Below are positions 1 to 13,789 of a DNA stretch of 64,000 nucleotides, piece by piece. Below the pieces are notes generated by a model, which saw only the letters and a list, made by a program, of their open reading frames with translations, searched no databases and was not told the origin of the DNA. Position 1 is the stretch's first letter; each line of letters opens with the position of its first letter. Origin of the DNA: Podarcis vaucheri (Eukaryota); the NCBI GenBank assembly GCA_965113315.1, contig OZ220365.1, one strand, 5' to 3'. A program made the translations under genes and the position numbers.

Positions 1-949
1 TGATCACAAAAGATAGCCGCTATCCTGTTGTAAATTCTACAAGCATTGAGTTCAGTTCAGTTCTGGGTTTTCCTTCAACATCTAGACCATATTGGGGGCT
101 GTGGTAGCAGGAAGAGGAAAGGGAGAGGATGTGCTGTCTTAATTGGATGGCTTCATCAAATATAATCCTCACATACCCCATTGTCAGGGTTGTTAAGTGG
201 GTAACATGTCAGGATTGTCTATGGGGAACCCAGTCCAAACAAAGGTTACTGGATGGCTTTGAGTAAGTGATGAAAGTGAGAAGTAAGGCACTGTCTACCT
301 CACAGGATTGTCATGAAGACAAAATGGGAAAAAATGAAATTAGAGACATGGTCATGTGGTTTAGGCAGCTTCTCTTGTAGGATTTAGCTTTGTGCTCATA
401 ACCTGTCATCTTTTGCAGCTTTCCCTCTTGGAAGCAGGGGGGAAAACCTATTCCAACTGCAGAGTAGAAAAGTGGAAGACATTTCTTTTTTCACAGTTAT
501 GAAGAGCAAATCAGCTTACTGCTTTGCAAAGATGAAACGTGTATGTCAGTTCATCATGTGTTTACTTTCCTCTTGTAGCAGAAAAAAGAAAAAGGCGAGT
601 TATAAAAGTATGAATCCTGTATATTTCAGTAGAATCCTGAAGGGGATTCTTTGGAGCGAGATATGTACATATTTCCTGCCTCAGAACAATGGCTTGCCTC
701 CTGAGCATCTGGAAAGTGACAGAGGAAAAAACCTGCTGAAAGAATGAATTATATTTAGACAAGTGAGACCATACCTTTCCTCTCATTATCCTCCCAGTAC
801 TATTTTCCTCCCTCCTGTCATGTTAAAAAAAAAAAAAAGCCTTCCCCCAGGCAACTGGCTGCTCCCTTTCAGGCGTTCAGTAACTCAGACAAAGCTGGAA
901 AGATGTGGCAGGGAAGAAGATGCAAGTTTCTGAGAGATTGTCTGAGAAT

Positions 950-1079
950 TACTACTCGAATATACACTTATATAAGTGGTGAACCGGCTTATACTCGTCA
1001 ATAGTTTTCCCAGTTTTCTTGTGCTAAAATTAGGTGCTTCGGCTGATATTCAGGTTGGCGTATACTCGAGTATATACGG
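950..1079. mobile_element. Tc1/mariner-pogo (Tc2-like) MITE remnant
   Basis: Ends in TATACTCGAGTATATACGG followed by TA, with internal repeats of the TATACTCG motif. Confidence 0.6.
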
Positions 1080-1819
1080 TATCTTAATAAACAGAAATAC
1101 TTGAACCGTTTAAAAGCCTATAGAATTGTTGCCACTTTCAATATGGCAGTAGCCGAAGTTTAGAGCTGGAAGCCCAAATTTACAATTTTGATGTAATTCT
1201 TTTGCAACAAAGAGTCTTGTGGGACTACCCTTAGGCCTGGTTCGGAGGCTGGGGCAAAGCACTGCAGCTAGAATGTTGACAGGAAGAGATACTGCTTAGA
1301 GATTATTGTGATTAGGTGGCAGATACATTGACAAATACTGCTGCTGCCACTGCTACTAGCTAACAAATTGATTACGGCTTAAATTTTCATGGACCAGAAT
1401 CAGATCCAGCTTCACAATCCATAGTTTAAAAGTTGCTTTAAAAAACACACAGAAAAACAACAACCCTGACCCCTTTGTTTTCAACCAGCCTTGGGTTTAT
1501 ACACACATAGTGCTAAACCTTGGTTCTTTGAAATTGAAAGTAAATACTAACCACGTCCTTCTGCTGCCCAGACAAAACAAGGAAGGGGGGCATCAAGCCC
1601 AAGGCTTCATTCAGCTCATTATAGTGAACCGTGTGTTAAACTATGGCTGAGCATTACATGCAAGCCAGCCGCACATCATTCCATTCCTGTGCACTTTTAA
1701 TTCAGCCCATCAGTTATTCCATAACAAATATTCTACAGAGCCTCATAAACCACCACGGAATATTTGGAAAGTGGTCTTCACTCAGTCCTCTGCATTGCAT
1801 ATTTTGTTTTTGTACTCAG

Positions 1820-1970
1820 ATGTTGAAAGATCCCACAAGAGGCACTAATGGCCACCAACCTGGATGGCTTTAAAAGAGAACTAAGACAAATTAATGGAGG
1901 ATGAGATTATCAGTGGCTACCAACCACAATGACTATACTCTGGCTCCACAGTTGGAGGCAGTATGTTTCC
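1820..1970 (+). mobile_element. CR1 LINE 3' fragment
   Basis: ggccaccaacctggatggctttaaaagag...gacaaattaatggaggat resembles the end of reptile CR1 ORF2 and 3'UTR. Confidence 0.6.
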
Positions 1971-1984
1971 ATAGGTATCATCCA

Positions 1985-2650
1985 AAAAACATTTTGAGTC
2001 AAATCACACTTGCTTATAAGCTCTCTTCCTCTCATTCACACACTACATATACCTTAAATATATTACTAATATCATCAGAAGATTTATGAATTTAAAATCA
2101 CTTATGTATGTAGGCTACTATAAAAAATATTTAATAGTAGAAAAACCTTTTTTATTTACAAAAACACTCCTTATAATCAGAAATAATCAATTTCTATCAC
2201 CCTTATTTCCAATTCTTGCTTAATATATCGCATGACTAAGTTCAATTTATTTAAAGACTCACTGGAGGTAGAGCATAACACTGATGTTAATTTTATCAGT
2301 CCTAACTGCTCCCATCATTTCCAAATTAATTCCTGTTTGATTGATGCTTGTTCTTTCTTCCAAGTCTTAGAATATAATATTCTTGCTATGGTGAGTACAT
2401 TCAACACCTGGGTTTGAAATTTCTCAAGAGCTACCACACATTGCGATTAATTTAAAAGGCATAATGAGAGGAAAGTAATTAGACTAACTTGGAAGATTTC
2501 TTTGATCATATTTATAGCCACTGACCAGAAGCTTTTCACCTTCTGGCATTGCCACCAGACATGGAGAAAATCTGCCTACACTTCTTGAGCCAGCATTTAC
2601 CTTCTCTGGTCTTTTCAGCCATCTTTAACATTACAGCACATACCTTGGGG
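1985..2650 (-). mobile_element. Degraded L1/Tx1 LINE ORF2 C-terminus
   Basis: Minus strand reads KCW..KC and ADFLHVWWQCQKVKSFW, then LTIARILYSKTWKK; this is the L1 CCHC knuckle region, with frameshifts and stops. Confidence 0.7.
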
Positions 2651-2697
2651 TCAATCAAGTTTCCTGTTCCACCCCACATGTTCTCCTCCTGCACATG

Positions 2698-2892
2698 AAG
2701 AACATGGGGAAGTGCATTATACTGAGCCAGAACATTGGTCCATCTAGCTTAGTACTGTTTGCATTGATTGGCAGTGGCCTTCCAGGGTTTCAGGCAGGAG
2801 GGTTTCCCAGCCCAACCTGAAGATTCCAAGGATTGTATCTGAGAGCAGCGGCATGCCAAGCATGTGCTCTACCACTGAGTAGAGCCTTTCCC
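2698..2892 (-). mobile_element. tRNA-derived SINE (partial relatives at about 32330-32440, 48470-48717, 53520-53665 and 54700-55095)
   Basis: Head ctcagtggtagagcacatgcttggcatg; body tgcctgaaaccctgga...tactaagctagatggaccaatg is shared among the copies. Confidence 0.7.
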
Positions 2893-3091
2893 AGTAGCTA
2901 GGATGGAAAAGATCATTTCCTTCACAATTAGAAGGCTTTGCTAATGTGCAAATTAAACCACAGAGCATACAATAACCAGCAATGGGGTCTCAACATTTTG
3001 TAGTAATTTGCCTTTATTAATGTTATGATGTGGGGGAAAGATTAGAATCTGTCAAGTGATTTTAAATACGATAATGGTTTTAAAAGAAATA

Positions 3092-3334
3092 CAGTGGTAC
3101 CTCGGGTTAAGTACTTAATTCGTTCCGGAGGTCTGTTCTTAACCTGAAACTGTTCTTAACCTGAAGCACCACTTTAGCTAATGGGGGCCTCCTGCTGCTG
3201 CCACGCCGCCAGAGCACAATTTCTGTTCTCATCCTGAAGCCAAGTTCTTAACCTGAAGCACTATTTCTGGGTTAGCGGAGTCTGTAACCTGAAGTGTATG
3301 TAACCTGAAGCGTATGTAACCCGAGGTACCACTG
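3092..3334 (+). mobile_element. pogo/Tigger-like MITE, family A
   Basis: TIRs CAGTGGTACCTCGGGTTA / TAACCCGAGGTACCACTG; TA on the left and CA on the right. Confidence 0.9.
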
Positions 3335-3336
3335 CA

Positions 3337-3492
3337 ATGAGCTTTTGTGTGCATGTATCTGAAGACGTGTGCATGCACACAAAAGCTCATACCAATAACA
3401 AACTTAGTTGGTCTCTAAGGTGCTACTGGAAGGATTTTTTTTATTTTGTTTCGACCACGGCAGACCAACACGGCTACCTACCTGTAACTAGG
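3337..3492 (+). mobile_element. Penelope-like retroelement end with an inverted arm and a hammerhead-like motif
   Basis: ATGAGCTTTTGTGTGCATG...CATGCACACAAAAGCTCAT hairpin, followed by ttagttggtctctaaggtgctactgg...cagaccaacacggctacctacctg, typical of squamate Penelope ends. Confidence 0.75.
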
Positions 3493-6005
3493 TCTTAAAA
3501 GAAAAACTAAACAACTGGTTTGTCCTTTGAAAGGAAAATAAAGATCACACACACACAAATAAAAATGCATCCTATCATTAAAGCAACGGCTTAACTGTAT
3601 TAGTCAGAAATCTAGTCGAGCCAAGCTATTTTTTTCTTTTGTACTATACTATTTTCAAAAATAAAATATACACAAGCTTTCATCACAACCATTTGTGACA
3701 CTCTCAAACTCTTCACAATGCTGGTTCTGGAGGAAAGTTGCTCCTCTTTGTAGGCAGAGAGAGTTACATCACAATCTTTCCACATGTGCTGGACTTGTTC
3801 TATAAAAGTCAGAAGCCTGTGGGCTTTTTCACGTCAGCATGTAGATCAGCAAAAAGACTAGCTGTTCTCTCCACCAGGATTGCATTTGTGAGTTTCCCTT
3901 AGTTGTGCTCATACCCCACAGCAGCTTCTGGAGACAGCTTCTCTACAAACCCAGATTATGATGGACCATTAAATGGTGCAAGTTAATGAAAGAGTCACTA
4001 ACTCTGTCTCTACCCACGCCCCAAAAATCAGAATCTTAACCTCAGCACTTGATAAGCATGGTCAGTTTTTCTACACCAATGTGATAAAGCTATATGTATA
4101 CAGAATAGAATCATAGAAGGGACCACGAGGCTCTAATCCAACCCTCTGAATTACCAACTCAGCTTTTCATCTTCCCTATTCATGGAGAGAGAAAGAGGTG
4201 GGTGGGACTTTCTTCTATCCTGCATCCAACTGCTCAGCCTACCTCTCTCCGGAGCAAGTGCCTGAATGGATTGCACCAGAAATTCTGGCCCCATAAAGCC
4301 TTTTGTCTCTTCTGCAGACTGGGATGCATAAGTTCATAGTTATGTAAGTGCAAATGTCAGCATAGTTCCTATGTCACTTGAATGAACTGGAGAGAGCAAA
4401 ATCAGCAAACCCAAGTCCTGCCCCAAACATCATGCAGATGTAACATGAAATGTGCATCCAGAGCCTTTGAAGAATGCGTTTTCTGCCCTAGAGGTTCTCA
4501 AGGTGGCAACAAGAGTTATGTTAGACTATTTCTACTTACCTACCATTCCCCAAATAGCCCTGATCACAGGGTTATCTTTTCCCACTCCCACAGATTTTTT
4601 TTTTACAGAAAGGGCAATGCCTGGGGTAAGCTGGCATTTATTTTGAAGGCCAGCTGAGGCACCATAGAGTGTTATATGGAAACAGAAAGTTCCTGGCAGA
4701 AGATGTAGACCAGAGAAAATGAAAGGGCTGGGGAAACTGCCACTGGTTTCACTGGCTCTGACCCACCTTTAACTCTATGCAATTAGACAACTAATGGTGC
4801 ACTGGCCACGTCTTGCCAATTCAGTGTGGGCTGGATGAGCAACATGAAAATGAGCATTGAGATGCACGTTTTCATCTGCATCAGTTATGCAAGTGGAAGG
4901 CTGCTTCTCTCCCCTGCTGGATAGATGAAATCTATGGTGCTTACAACCAAGTCTTCCTTAAAGTCATGGCCCAAATAGCATCCTTTCCCTTTGAAAACCC
5001 TGGAAGGATCATCAAATGCCATTTTTCAGCTGGCACTGGTTTTCTGCCAGTCTGCTGATCAGATTTGTATATTCATGGGGCCAGCACAGTCGGTACAGTG
5101 TGCATCATCCATAATGTTGGTTCCCTACATTAAATTGCATAAAATTGTAGCCTTTGTGCCTATGCTTTTTCCCCAGGTATCCAACTGTTTTCATGCTCTG
5201 GATTCTCTGAGTTGAACTGATTTCTGACATGTTCTGTGAACAAGCTGGCTGCGTATGGATGCTATTTGACATAGTTATATTAAAGGATACTGTTTTGCTT
5301 TTAATCTGATTAATGTGCCTTGACAGTTGCCCCATGCAATGCAGCAGCATTTTTTAAAAAGAGCACAATCATGATTCTTGATGCTGTGAAGCCTCCTGCT
5401 GCAACAGCAAATGAAATGAGCTCAGGTGCTCTGTCAACAGAGGAAATCAAATGCCAATGTTTTTTAGTAAAAAGTCACGCAAGTTGTTAGCAATTTTGCT
5501 ACCACTTCTCACAGAAAACAAGGCAGGCATTTTGTTTTGTTTTTAAAGAGCACATTGCCACACCATGTACAAACCTATGCAGCAGCTATGTCATTATTTG
5601 TAAACAACTGACACCCCAAGTTTATTTTAAAGGCAGGATAACCCTGAATGAAACTAGATGTCTGAGGGAAATGGCATTCCTTATCGCAGGGATCCGTAGG
5701 TCAACTGTCCCCTTCAGAGGGTATACCAGTGGAGAAGCCTAGTTCAGCTACTGGTGAATCTACAGGTGGCAAGCAGAGCTGTTGCATAACTGAATCAGAG
5801 GAAAAGTAAATTTCTCTTACTCAATTTGGGCACCATCTTAGACCATGAAGATAACCCAGCCTTCAGCAACCTGAAAGCTCCCATCACAGCCATGCTGGGT
5901 AGTTGTAGTGCAAAACATTTGGAGGCCATATTGTTAGGCAATTTTCTTCCAACCACAGCAAAATGCATCTAGACACCCTCTCTTATTATTTATTAAGATG
6001 ATGAG

Positions 6006-6253
6006 CAGGGGTCAACATCCTAAGGCCCACAAGTGGCCCATGGGGGTGTTTAACTGGCCCACAAGCTGCCCCCGAACCGAGCCGCCCACTCGGCAAGTCC
6101 CTGCGCACTGTGCTAAACCAGCGCAGCACAGTGCGGGGACTCACTTCTGCGGCGCTGGAAATCACGTCTGCACAGATGCCGGAAATTGCAGGCCACAGAG
6201 GGATCTCCGCTGGAGTGAACTGGCCCAGGCGAGGAAAACCTTGCTGACCCCTG
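6006..6253. mobile_element. hAT MITE, CpG-rich
   Basis: TIR CAGGGGTCA / TGACCCCTG; perfect 8-bp TSD ATGATGAG (5998-6005 and 6254-6261). Confidence 0.85.
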
Positions 6254-6410
6254 ATGATGAGACTAGAGGGGAGAAACAGAGGAAGCATTACACACGTTTC
6301 CACTGTTTTTCTTCTGCCTTTCTTCCACTGCTGTTAGGTAACTTGGGAGAGAGCCAGGTTCCCAGACAGATCTTCTGTCAAATATCAAGTCTGGCTCAAG
6401 AAGAAACACA

Positions 6411-6630
6411 GGAGTCAACACTGGTTGTGTAGCAATGGTGGGAGTGTTGAACTAGGACAAGGCAGGCACAGGTTCAATTCCTCACTTAGCTATGGAACTC
6501 AACAGGTAACCTTGTGACAGTCACAATTCCACAGCCTAATCTATCTCACACGCTTGTTTTGAGTATATGAATGGTGGGCATGGGTGAACCATTACACAAC
6601 TTTCAACTCCTTGGATACAAATGTAACAAA
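6411..6630 (+). mobile_element. Old Ther1/Squam3-type SINE
   Basis: tRNA-like head (ggttcaattcctcacttagctatg) and core (cagcctaatctatctcaca). Confidence 0.6.
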
Positions 6631-7773
6631 CAACCCCCCATTTAAAGCAGAGGAACCGAGCTTCTGATTTAAGCGTGGATTCATCAGCCAAGAAGAACTA
6701 TATTTCTCCTGGTGTGGATGCTATTGCAGTTGGCTTACTCATTTAAATATTTGCATATGCATGCACCATAGCACTGTGGAGGGGTCCCCTTCTCTTCTGT
6801 ACTTTGTACAAGTAACCTAACCAAAATAATGTCTGTACTGGCTCACTGGATCCGCCGCCCCTTGGCAACGTCATGAACCTTTAAGATTGTATCTAGTGCT
6901 GCCAGTCCACTTGTGCAGTCAAATTTTCCCCATATCTCCACTCACCATGCTTTTCAGGCCCCATAAAATCTGCTCCAGAAGGCAGAGAGACACTCTGGAA
7001 CATACTTTGAGGGTACATGGGGGAGAGGAGAGAAAGGGGAAACCCTATTGCGCAAGCAAAACCCTGTGCATCTCACATTAAGCACAGCCAAGTGGGTTTT
7101 TATTTTAACTGTTCAAAGTCTCTGCACACCACATTTCCAAGCACAGCTCTTAATTCCTGTGAGCATTTTTTTAAATTGTAAGCAGAAAGACAGCTACGTC
7201 CCCAACATGATATTCTGCCTTCCTGCAATGGATAGGTAGAAGCGTCATGCTATCTATTATAGAAAGGCAGAATATCATGATACTTATGATGGATCTAGGA
7301 GAGCTTGAACATAGTGCTAAGAGAAAATTGGTGTTTTAAATCATCCAGAGATATCTGAACAGTATTGAACCTGTAATGTATTATCTTGGGTTCCCACATC
7401 TAGAAGCACCACTTTAAGTTAATTTTTCATTTACAGTTTTTTGAAAGGACATCATCCATAATTCTTAAACCACGGGATGTATACTTCAGTGATTCTGTGA
7501 GGCACTTATTTTATATCATAACAAGACTAACTCAAGTGTCAGATTATATTATATTACTATGTTAAGCATATAAACATTTGTTTACCTACCAACATCTAAA
7601 CATTTTAATTTTGAATACTTTGGTTACAGATCAACATTAGCTACACAGTTTTAAAAAATGCATCTTTCTTGACTCCTTGAATACAAGAAATTGACATATC
7701 ATTAAAGAAATCCACAGAATCAAATGCCTAGTTTTCACTGAATGTAAGGGTGCCTGGGCACTATATTCTAGAC

Positions 7774-8089
7774 CGGGGTGGAGAACCACATGCCAAATGT
7801 GGCCCTTCAGGAGAGTTGACCCTCAGGTGACATCCCACACTTGCTCTGCTTCACACCCAAACCTCTTTGCCTGGCTGGAATGTGTCCCTGAACTCTGATA
7901 ATTCCTCTTTATTGGAATTGGAGTAAAGAGAAGAGGGTGTGCAGCACCAGACCACTGTAGAATAGCAATTTTTGTATTTGTTGCTATATCCACTTCGGCA
8001 TTTGGCCCCATCCACCAATGGCATGTGGCCCTTGGAAGTTGTCCACAGAGGAATGTGGCCCTCAGGATGAAAAAAGTTTTCTAGCCCCA
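7774..8089. mobile_element. hAT (Charlie-like) non-autonomous element
   Basis: CGGGGTGGAGAACC start, repeated subterminal TGTGGCCC motifs, degenerate TSD TTCTAGAC/CTTTAGAT. Confidence 0.6.
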
Positions 8090-11000
8090 CTTTAGATTGC
8101 AGTTTAGGGTGCATATAATTCCTCCAGATGAAAAAGTCCCTTTTGAGGAACCGGTGGCCCTTCATATTTTGTTGGACTCCAGCTCCCATGAACCCACTCA
8201 GCACTGCCAATGGTCATGAGGTGATGGCAGTTGTGGTCCAACAACATCTGAGGGGCTCCAGATCCTCCATCTTTGCTCTACAGAAAAATGTGGATTTGAG
8301 GAACGAGAGCCTTCTCCCTCACATGCTACCTTTCTATGTGGAAGGAATTTTGTTCAGGGGACAGGGGAAGCTAGAGCAGCTTTCAGTCCTATACGCTCTA
8401 AGCTGCATCCTGAAGTGCTATACCCAAGACCCAGATTTACCACATCAAGAATGCTTGTGGGGTTGGGCCTGGCCCTGTTTGTCTTTTCCCTTCAGGTTCA
8501 GAGGACTCCTCCTCACCTCCAGCATCTGACAAAGAGGAATCTGATTCCTGGCCCCTAACGGTTTCCATCTTAGGCAACAAAACGCCTTGGGCTGGCCCTG
8601 CTGAATACTCAGTAAATAAGGTAATATTAACACTGTAGGAAAGGGAGGTGTGGGTTGGCGGCCAGCAGCAGTGTCAAACTGCTCTGTTGCTGCTTCTGAC
8701 ATGAACAAAATGTGGTTTATCAACCTTGCTCTACTTAGTTATGGCTAACTCCAGAGAGGAATGTATATTCTTGAGACCATTCAAGTTATTTTTGGCTTCC
8801 ATTGTCAAACAGCTTTTCCTTTCAGCGCAGCACAATTTACTTAGGCTTATTCAAGACCTGGATATGCTGATGCGGCAAAATAAAATAAAAAAGAATAAAG
8901 GCAGCGATTATTTTTATACAAACATGTCTCAATAGGTGATGACCGCTCAAGTGTGGAGAAACATCAGTGCTGGGTCAATTTTCAGGAGGGCAGTCTGCAA
9001 ATGCACAATGGCTGGTCTTGTGTGCAAAAACCACAAGCAGCGGTGAAAGCAGATACCTGATCATTTTAAATAAATCAAGGTAATGCAAAAAACCAAAAAG
9101 GACATTCAACCATAGCAGAAATTATAAGAGCAGCAGTATGGCTTGCTGAGTATTCCTGGTGGTGGTTGTTTTAAAGCTGTCACTCAACTGCCAAGTGGGG
9201 GAATGCAGTTCTTTCATTTAAAAAATGACATAAATGAGCTGTGTGTGCGATTCTCATGTTTTTACCACTTTTCCAATTAAACTATTTTCTGTGCTGGTGA
9301 ACGGCTTGTGAAATTGTCTCTCCTCTGAAATAAGTAACGTGCACAACTGCAATGTGCTTTTGGCATTTTACAAAAAGTGTGAAGCATTTTCAGGTCATTG
9401 CCCAGTCCTTTGTAGATTTCTCTAGTTATTGCAGATGTTGTTATATTATTTCTTTAATGTTAATATTACTGAACTTGTTTCATTTTTTCCTGTGAGCTGC
9501 CTTGGGATTTTTAATGAAGGGTGGTATAATGGTGTTTTAATTAAATAAATATCTAATACTTAATGAGGGGCTGGTTGAACATCCATTTCTTCGGTCACCC
9601 ATACTTGTATCCTTCCGTCTCCTCCTCTGCCTGCCACTTCAACAGAATTAAGGGGAAGTGGCAGCAAATGTTTAATACCCCTCTGATGAACTCCTATACT
9701 CTGATGTAGTTCTATAAAGCCTCCTAGAACTTCTGGAAATCTCAGAAGAATGGCGAGTAAGCATATCCATAAACTATGAGCAAGCATATCCTGTCCTTTG
9801 TCTTTGAATAAGCTTCCAGGAGATATAGCTGGTTTTCACAATGGTTCAACAGGACTGAACTGGTTAAGACCTTTAGTAATGTAAGTTCAGAGTCCTTAGG
9901 GATGTGGAGCTAGCTTCACAGTAATTTTCTGATTGGCCAAAAAGGCCCCTGACATCACAGATGGAGCAAATTTCATGGTAGGGTCAAACAACAATTCATC
10001 TTGGGAAGGAAGATGGCTTCTATTGGTCTCCATATGAGACTTTACTCTCTACTTTTGACTTCAGGGAAATGTCCAAAGATGCTGACTCGCAGAAGCTCTC
10101 TTCTACAAGGAACTCTGCATATCTTCTGAATCCCAAGAGCCTGCTAAAGCAGATAGCATGGAACTAGAGCTAGACTGGCTTTGGCTTTTTAAATTTTAAA
10201 TAGCACGCAGCTATTTACAAACTGTTCCTAGAATGCGATGGTAGCTCTGTCAATGTTATTTATTTATTTATTTATTTTTACACTGTGGAATAAAACTAGC
10301 CTTTTCCATGTGTCTGTGATTCTCTTCGGTAATAACCTAGTTATTATATTACCAGACAGAGCATTCCACACTGCAAGAAAATGCAGAATAAAATAAATAT
10401 AAAGCAATTATAGTTAGGAATTAAGCTTCAGAACAAAATCTAAGTCATGTGACCCTTTAGCAACCCTTTGATCTATTAGACCAAAAATTTGAGTTGCGAA
10501 ATGTACATTCAATAGCTTCCATTTGTTCTCATTCCTAAGTCTGAAGATGTACCACAATACAGTATTATAACAAAGTTCTCACATCTGCTGATGTAACCAC
10601 AGTCTTTCATATCAAGTATTTCTAGCTTAGTATATATTTAATAACAGGCTTTATTTATACTTGGAATTTTTAAGGTTTTAACTTCTTTTTTGTTACCAAC
10701 ATCTGACTTTTATTGACAATTTTAAGGTATGTTTTGCATTCTATGTAAACCGTTTAGAGGTTCTGACAATTAAGCACTATTAAAAAGATAACAACAACAA
10801 CGTATTCTGCATGAGCCCCACTGGAATGAATGGAGAGCTGAGGAAGAAAAAAATATTTTGAAAAGCTTTGGCCACTTCAACAGACATGAGAGCTGTGTTA
10901 TACAATATCTGGCATTTTTAAAACCTCGGTGAAGAAAAAGATTGACGGTCCATTTCTCAAATAAAATCATTAGTCTCATAGATTTCTAAAGGAACGTCCA

Positions 11001-11312
11001 AGTCTCATAGCTTTCATTTCCATTCTGTAAATTAATTCCTAACTGTAATTTCTTCCAGTTATTTTTGGCAGAACCTCCTAAGATGGAATGTTTTGTTTCT
11101 TTCTTCTAGTCCAACCCTGTCTAAGAGGATAATCTTGAAAGCTTGCAGCTGTAGTTGATTAAAGCAATTAAATCTTTTTTTTAAAAAAAAAGCAAAAGGT
11201 ATCCCCAATTAATTGTGCAAGCCGTTTTTTTTAGAAAAAATATTATTTAAATGCAAGCTCTTATGAAAGGTGCAGGTGGCAGGCACAACCTGAGAAGAGA
11301 CATTTCCCGGTA

Positions 11313-11538
11313 CAGTGGTACCTCGGGTTAAGAACTTAATTTGTTTTGGAGGTCTGTTCTTAACCTGAGACTGTTCTTAACCTGAGGTACCACTTTAGCT
11401 AATGGGGCCTCCCGCTGCTGCCGTGCCACCACCACGCGATTTCTGTTCTCATCCTGAAGCAACGTTCTTAACCCGAGGTACTATTTTTGGGTTAGCAGAG
11501 TCTGTAACCTGAAGCGTCTGTAACCCAGGGTACCACTG
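11313..11538 (+). mobile_element. pogo/Tigger-like MITE, family A
   Basis: Same TIRs and body as 3092-3334; TA TSDs on both sides. Confidence 0.9.
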
Positions 11539-12050
11539 TACTTTCATTTATACAGCATACATAAGGGAATGTCTCTTCCAAAATGGCACTTACTGGATGC
11601 AACGCAAGGGTGGACTAACCTGTTTTAGGCCCAAGGACCACAACCATTCTTGGCTAACTCTCTGGGGGCTGCATGTCAGCTGTGCATGTGGCCATCACAG
11701 AGACATATTCTCACATGCGCGCACACCATGTACACAGGCACACAGTCTCCCCCACTTCAACTGATTTTTGCATTCCTCCCTATTCTTCAAGTGATTGAGC
11801 CAATGAACAGAGAGGAGGCAATCTGCATCCCCATTGCAGTGCTGAGCTGGGCAGCTGAGGTTTAAACTGCCAGTACGGGGATGGAAACCACTCTGTCCCA
11901 GCTTGACTCTAAAAACAAAGGCATTAAGCCTCTTTGTTCAAAAAACTAACCAACAAACTGAAACTGACACGGGGACAAACAGAAGAGGATGCCTTCACCC
12001 TGGTATGGTTACCCTTTATCACATACACAGCCCAACAAGACAACAGCAGC

Positions 12051-12100
<50 letters not shown>
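12051..12100. repeat. (AAT)n microsatellite, tail of an L2 3' end (about 12051-12170, minus strand)
   Basis: About 17 AAT units followed by tttgtaccccgcccatctggctgggtttccccagccactctgggcagct. Confidence 0.9.
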
Positions 12101-12101
<1 letters not shown>

Positions 12102-12179
12102 TTATTATTATTTGTACCCCGCCCATCTGGCTGGGTTTCCCCAGCCACTCTGGGCAGCTTCCACAAAGACCAAAAATAC

Positions 12180-12585
12180 ACTAAGGTGTAAGAACTTGCT
12201 AACAGCGTTCGAATCAATCTGGCTAACCTGATCCAAAAACACAAAAACACCCCACTCACACACAAAAACATAGTTCACCAAAGACAACCAACCACACCCC
12301 AGGCCGCCCCCAACATCTCTCACAACCAAAGGAATGTAAGCGAATAGTAAAGAGAACTCACACAAGTGACGCTGACACAAAACCCCACACATACACTAAG
12401 TAGGATAAAAGCACTGCCACCCGACCCCACCCCACTCACCATTCCCCCCTTCCCCCTTTGTCTTCCTAATGTAACACTAATGTTACAAAATGAAACTGAT
12501 TTGTAGAAAACGCAACTTGAAAAAAGAGACAATGCATATACTTTTGTAAACTAAGAAATTTTTAATAAAAATAGATTTTAAAAAA
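12180..12585 (+). mobile_element. L1/Tx1 3' end with polyA signal
   Basis: ORF2-end-like AFESIWLT*, a C-rich UTR, and a tail aatgaaactgatttgtagaaaa...taagaaatttttAATAAA shared with 46420-46690. Confidence 0.65.
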
Positions 12586-13789
12586 CCGACTGTTTCATTC
12601 ATATGCAAACTTATGCCATATTACTGATTGATCTATTAAAATAACTCAGGCTAATGAAGAATGCTTGCTTCAGCTATGCGACAGCCCTATTAAAAAGAAC
12701 TCATGTAGCCTAATATGAGGGTAATGAGATGACTATCATGCTTGTGTGCAGCTGCCTTTATTCCAGGCATACCTTCCCCATAGACAGGACACTAGGTAAG
12801 GCAGAACCTCAAGCTGATCACCTACCCGATCTTAAATGCATCAACAAATTCAAAATGCCAGCTGAAATGAAAAGAATTGCTTGAGGGGTTCTTCTTGTTG
12901 CCGCTGCTTGCTTAAAAAACAACAAAACTAATATTGAATGCAAGTACCGTTTCTATTCTCCATCTCTAAAATTAGGTAAACCACCATATGGTTGCTTCTT
13001 TGCAAAGCTATAATTTCCCCACCCCCCTCAAATGTTGACTGAGATTCTGGCAGTTCTTCTTTAAACATTAGGCCTAAAATATAAACAAACAACTCCAGCA
13101 ATCATTCATTCGAAAGATCCTTTTTTATTATTTTTTCTCAAAACACAGCTCTCCATAATGAAAAGGAATAAACATGAACCAAGATTGCTGTAGTGCAACC
13201 TATAATCCTCTTGATGGAGGAATGGGGGGGGGTGTCGGGGGGGAGCACTGCCGCCCCTGAAGAAGCAATGCTTGATTTCTGGCAGCTTTTTTGGAATTGG
13301 GCTGGCGCATAAGCAGCCATCGAGGGAGATCGCTGTGCTTCCTTGCCACCCCCACAACTCCAAACAATATACAAGGGAAGAAATGTACGGCACAGCTACT
13401 CAACTAGGAAGTCTACGGGGATGTTCTTCCCCAAGCAACTGCGCACATGGTGAAAGGGAAGAGACAGAATCCTTTACATTTAGACAACAGATCATTTGTA
13501 GAATGATTCTATCACATTTCTTAATAAAAACAATGACTGGCATTCACTCTTGGGGGAGTGGGTAAGCACTCTGGGACACAGCCCCTGACACTGGGATGCC
13601 CGGCCTCCACTGAAAGGGATTGGGGGGGTGTGTCTGTGTGTGTGTGTGTTATAGAGCATACAGAGATGCATTGTGTGCTCCCAAGAGTATCTGCAACTTG
13701 CCCTCCCAGTGGGAATTTTCCTAGTTTTAAGTACCAGTAAATGAAAATGGGTTAACTCAGCCCTTGGCTTACAGACAAAGACAACAGTA

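Noticed and set aside
5986-6432. 144-aa and 105-aa ORFs
   Set aside because: They span a TSD-flanked GC-rich MITE and show no protein similarity.
8936-9060. C/D box snoRNA (GTGATGA...CTGA)
   Set aside because: Antisense to the host transcript, weak terminal stem and no recognisable rRNA guide.
11924-12271. Poly-N, poly-I and poly-L ORFs
   Set aside because: Artefacts of the (AAT)n microsatellite.
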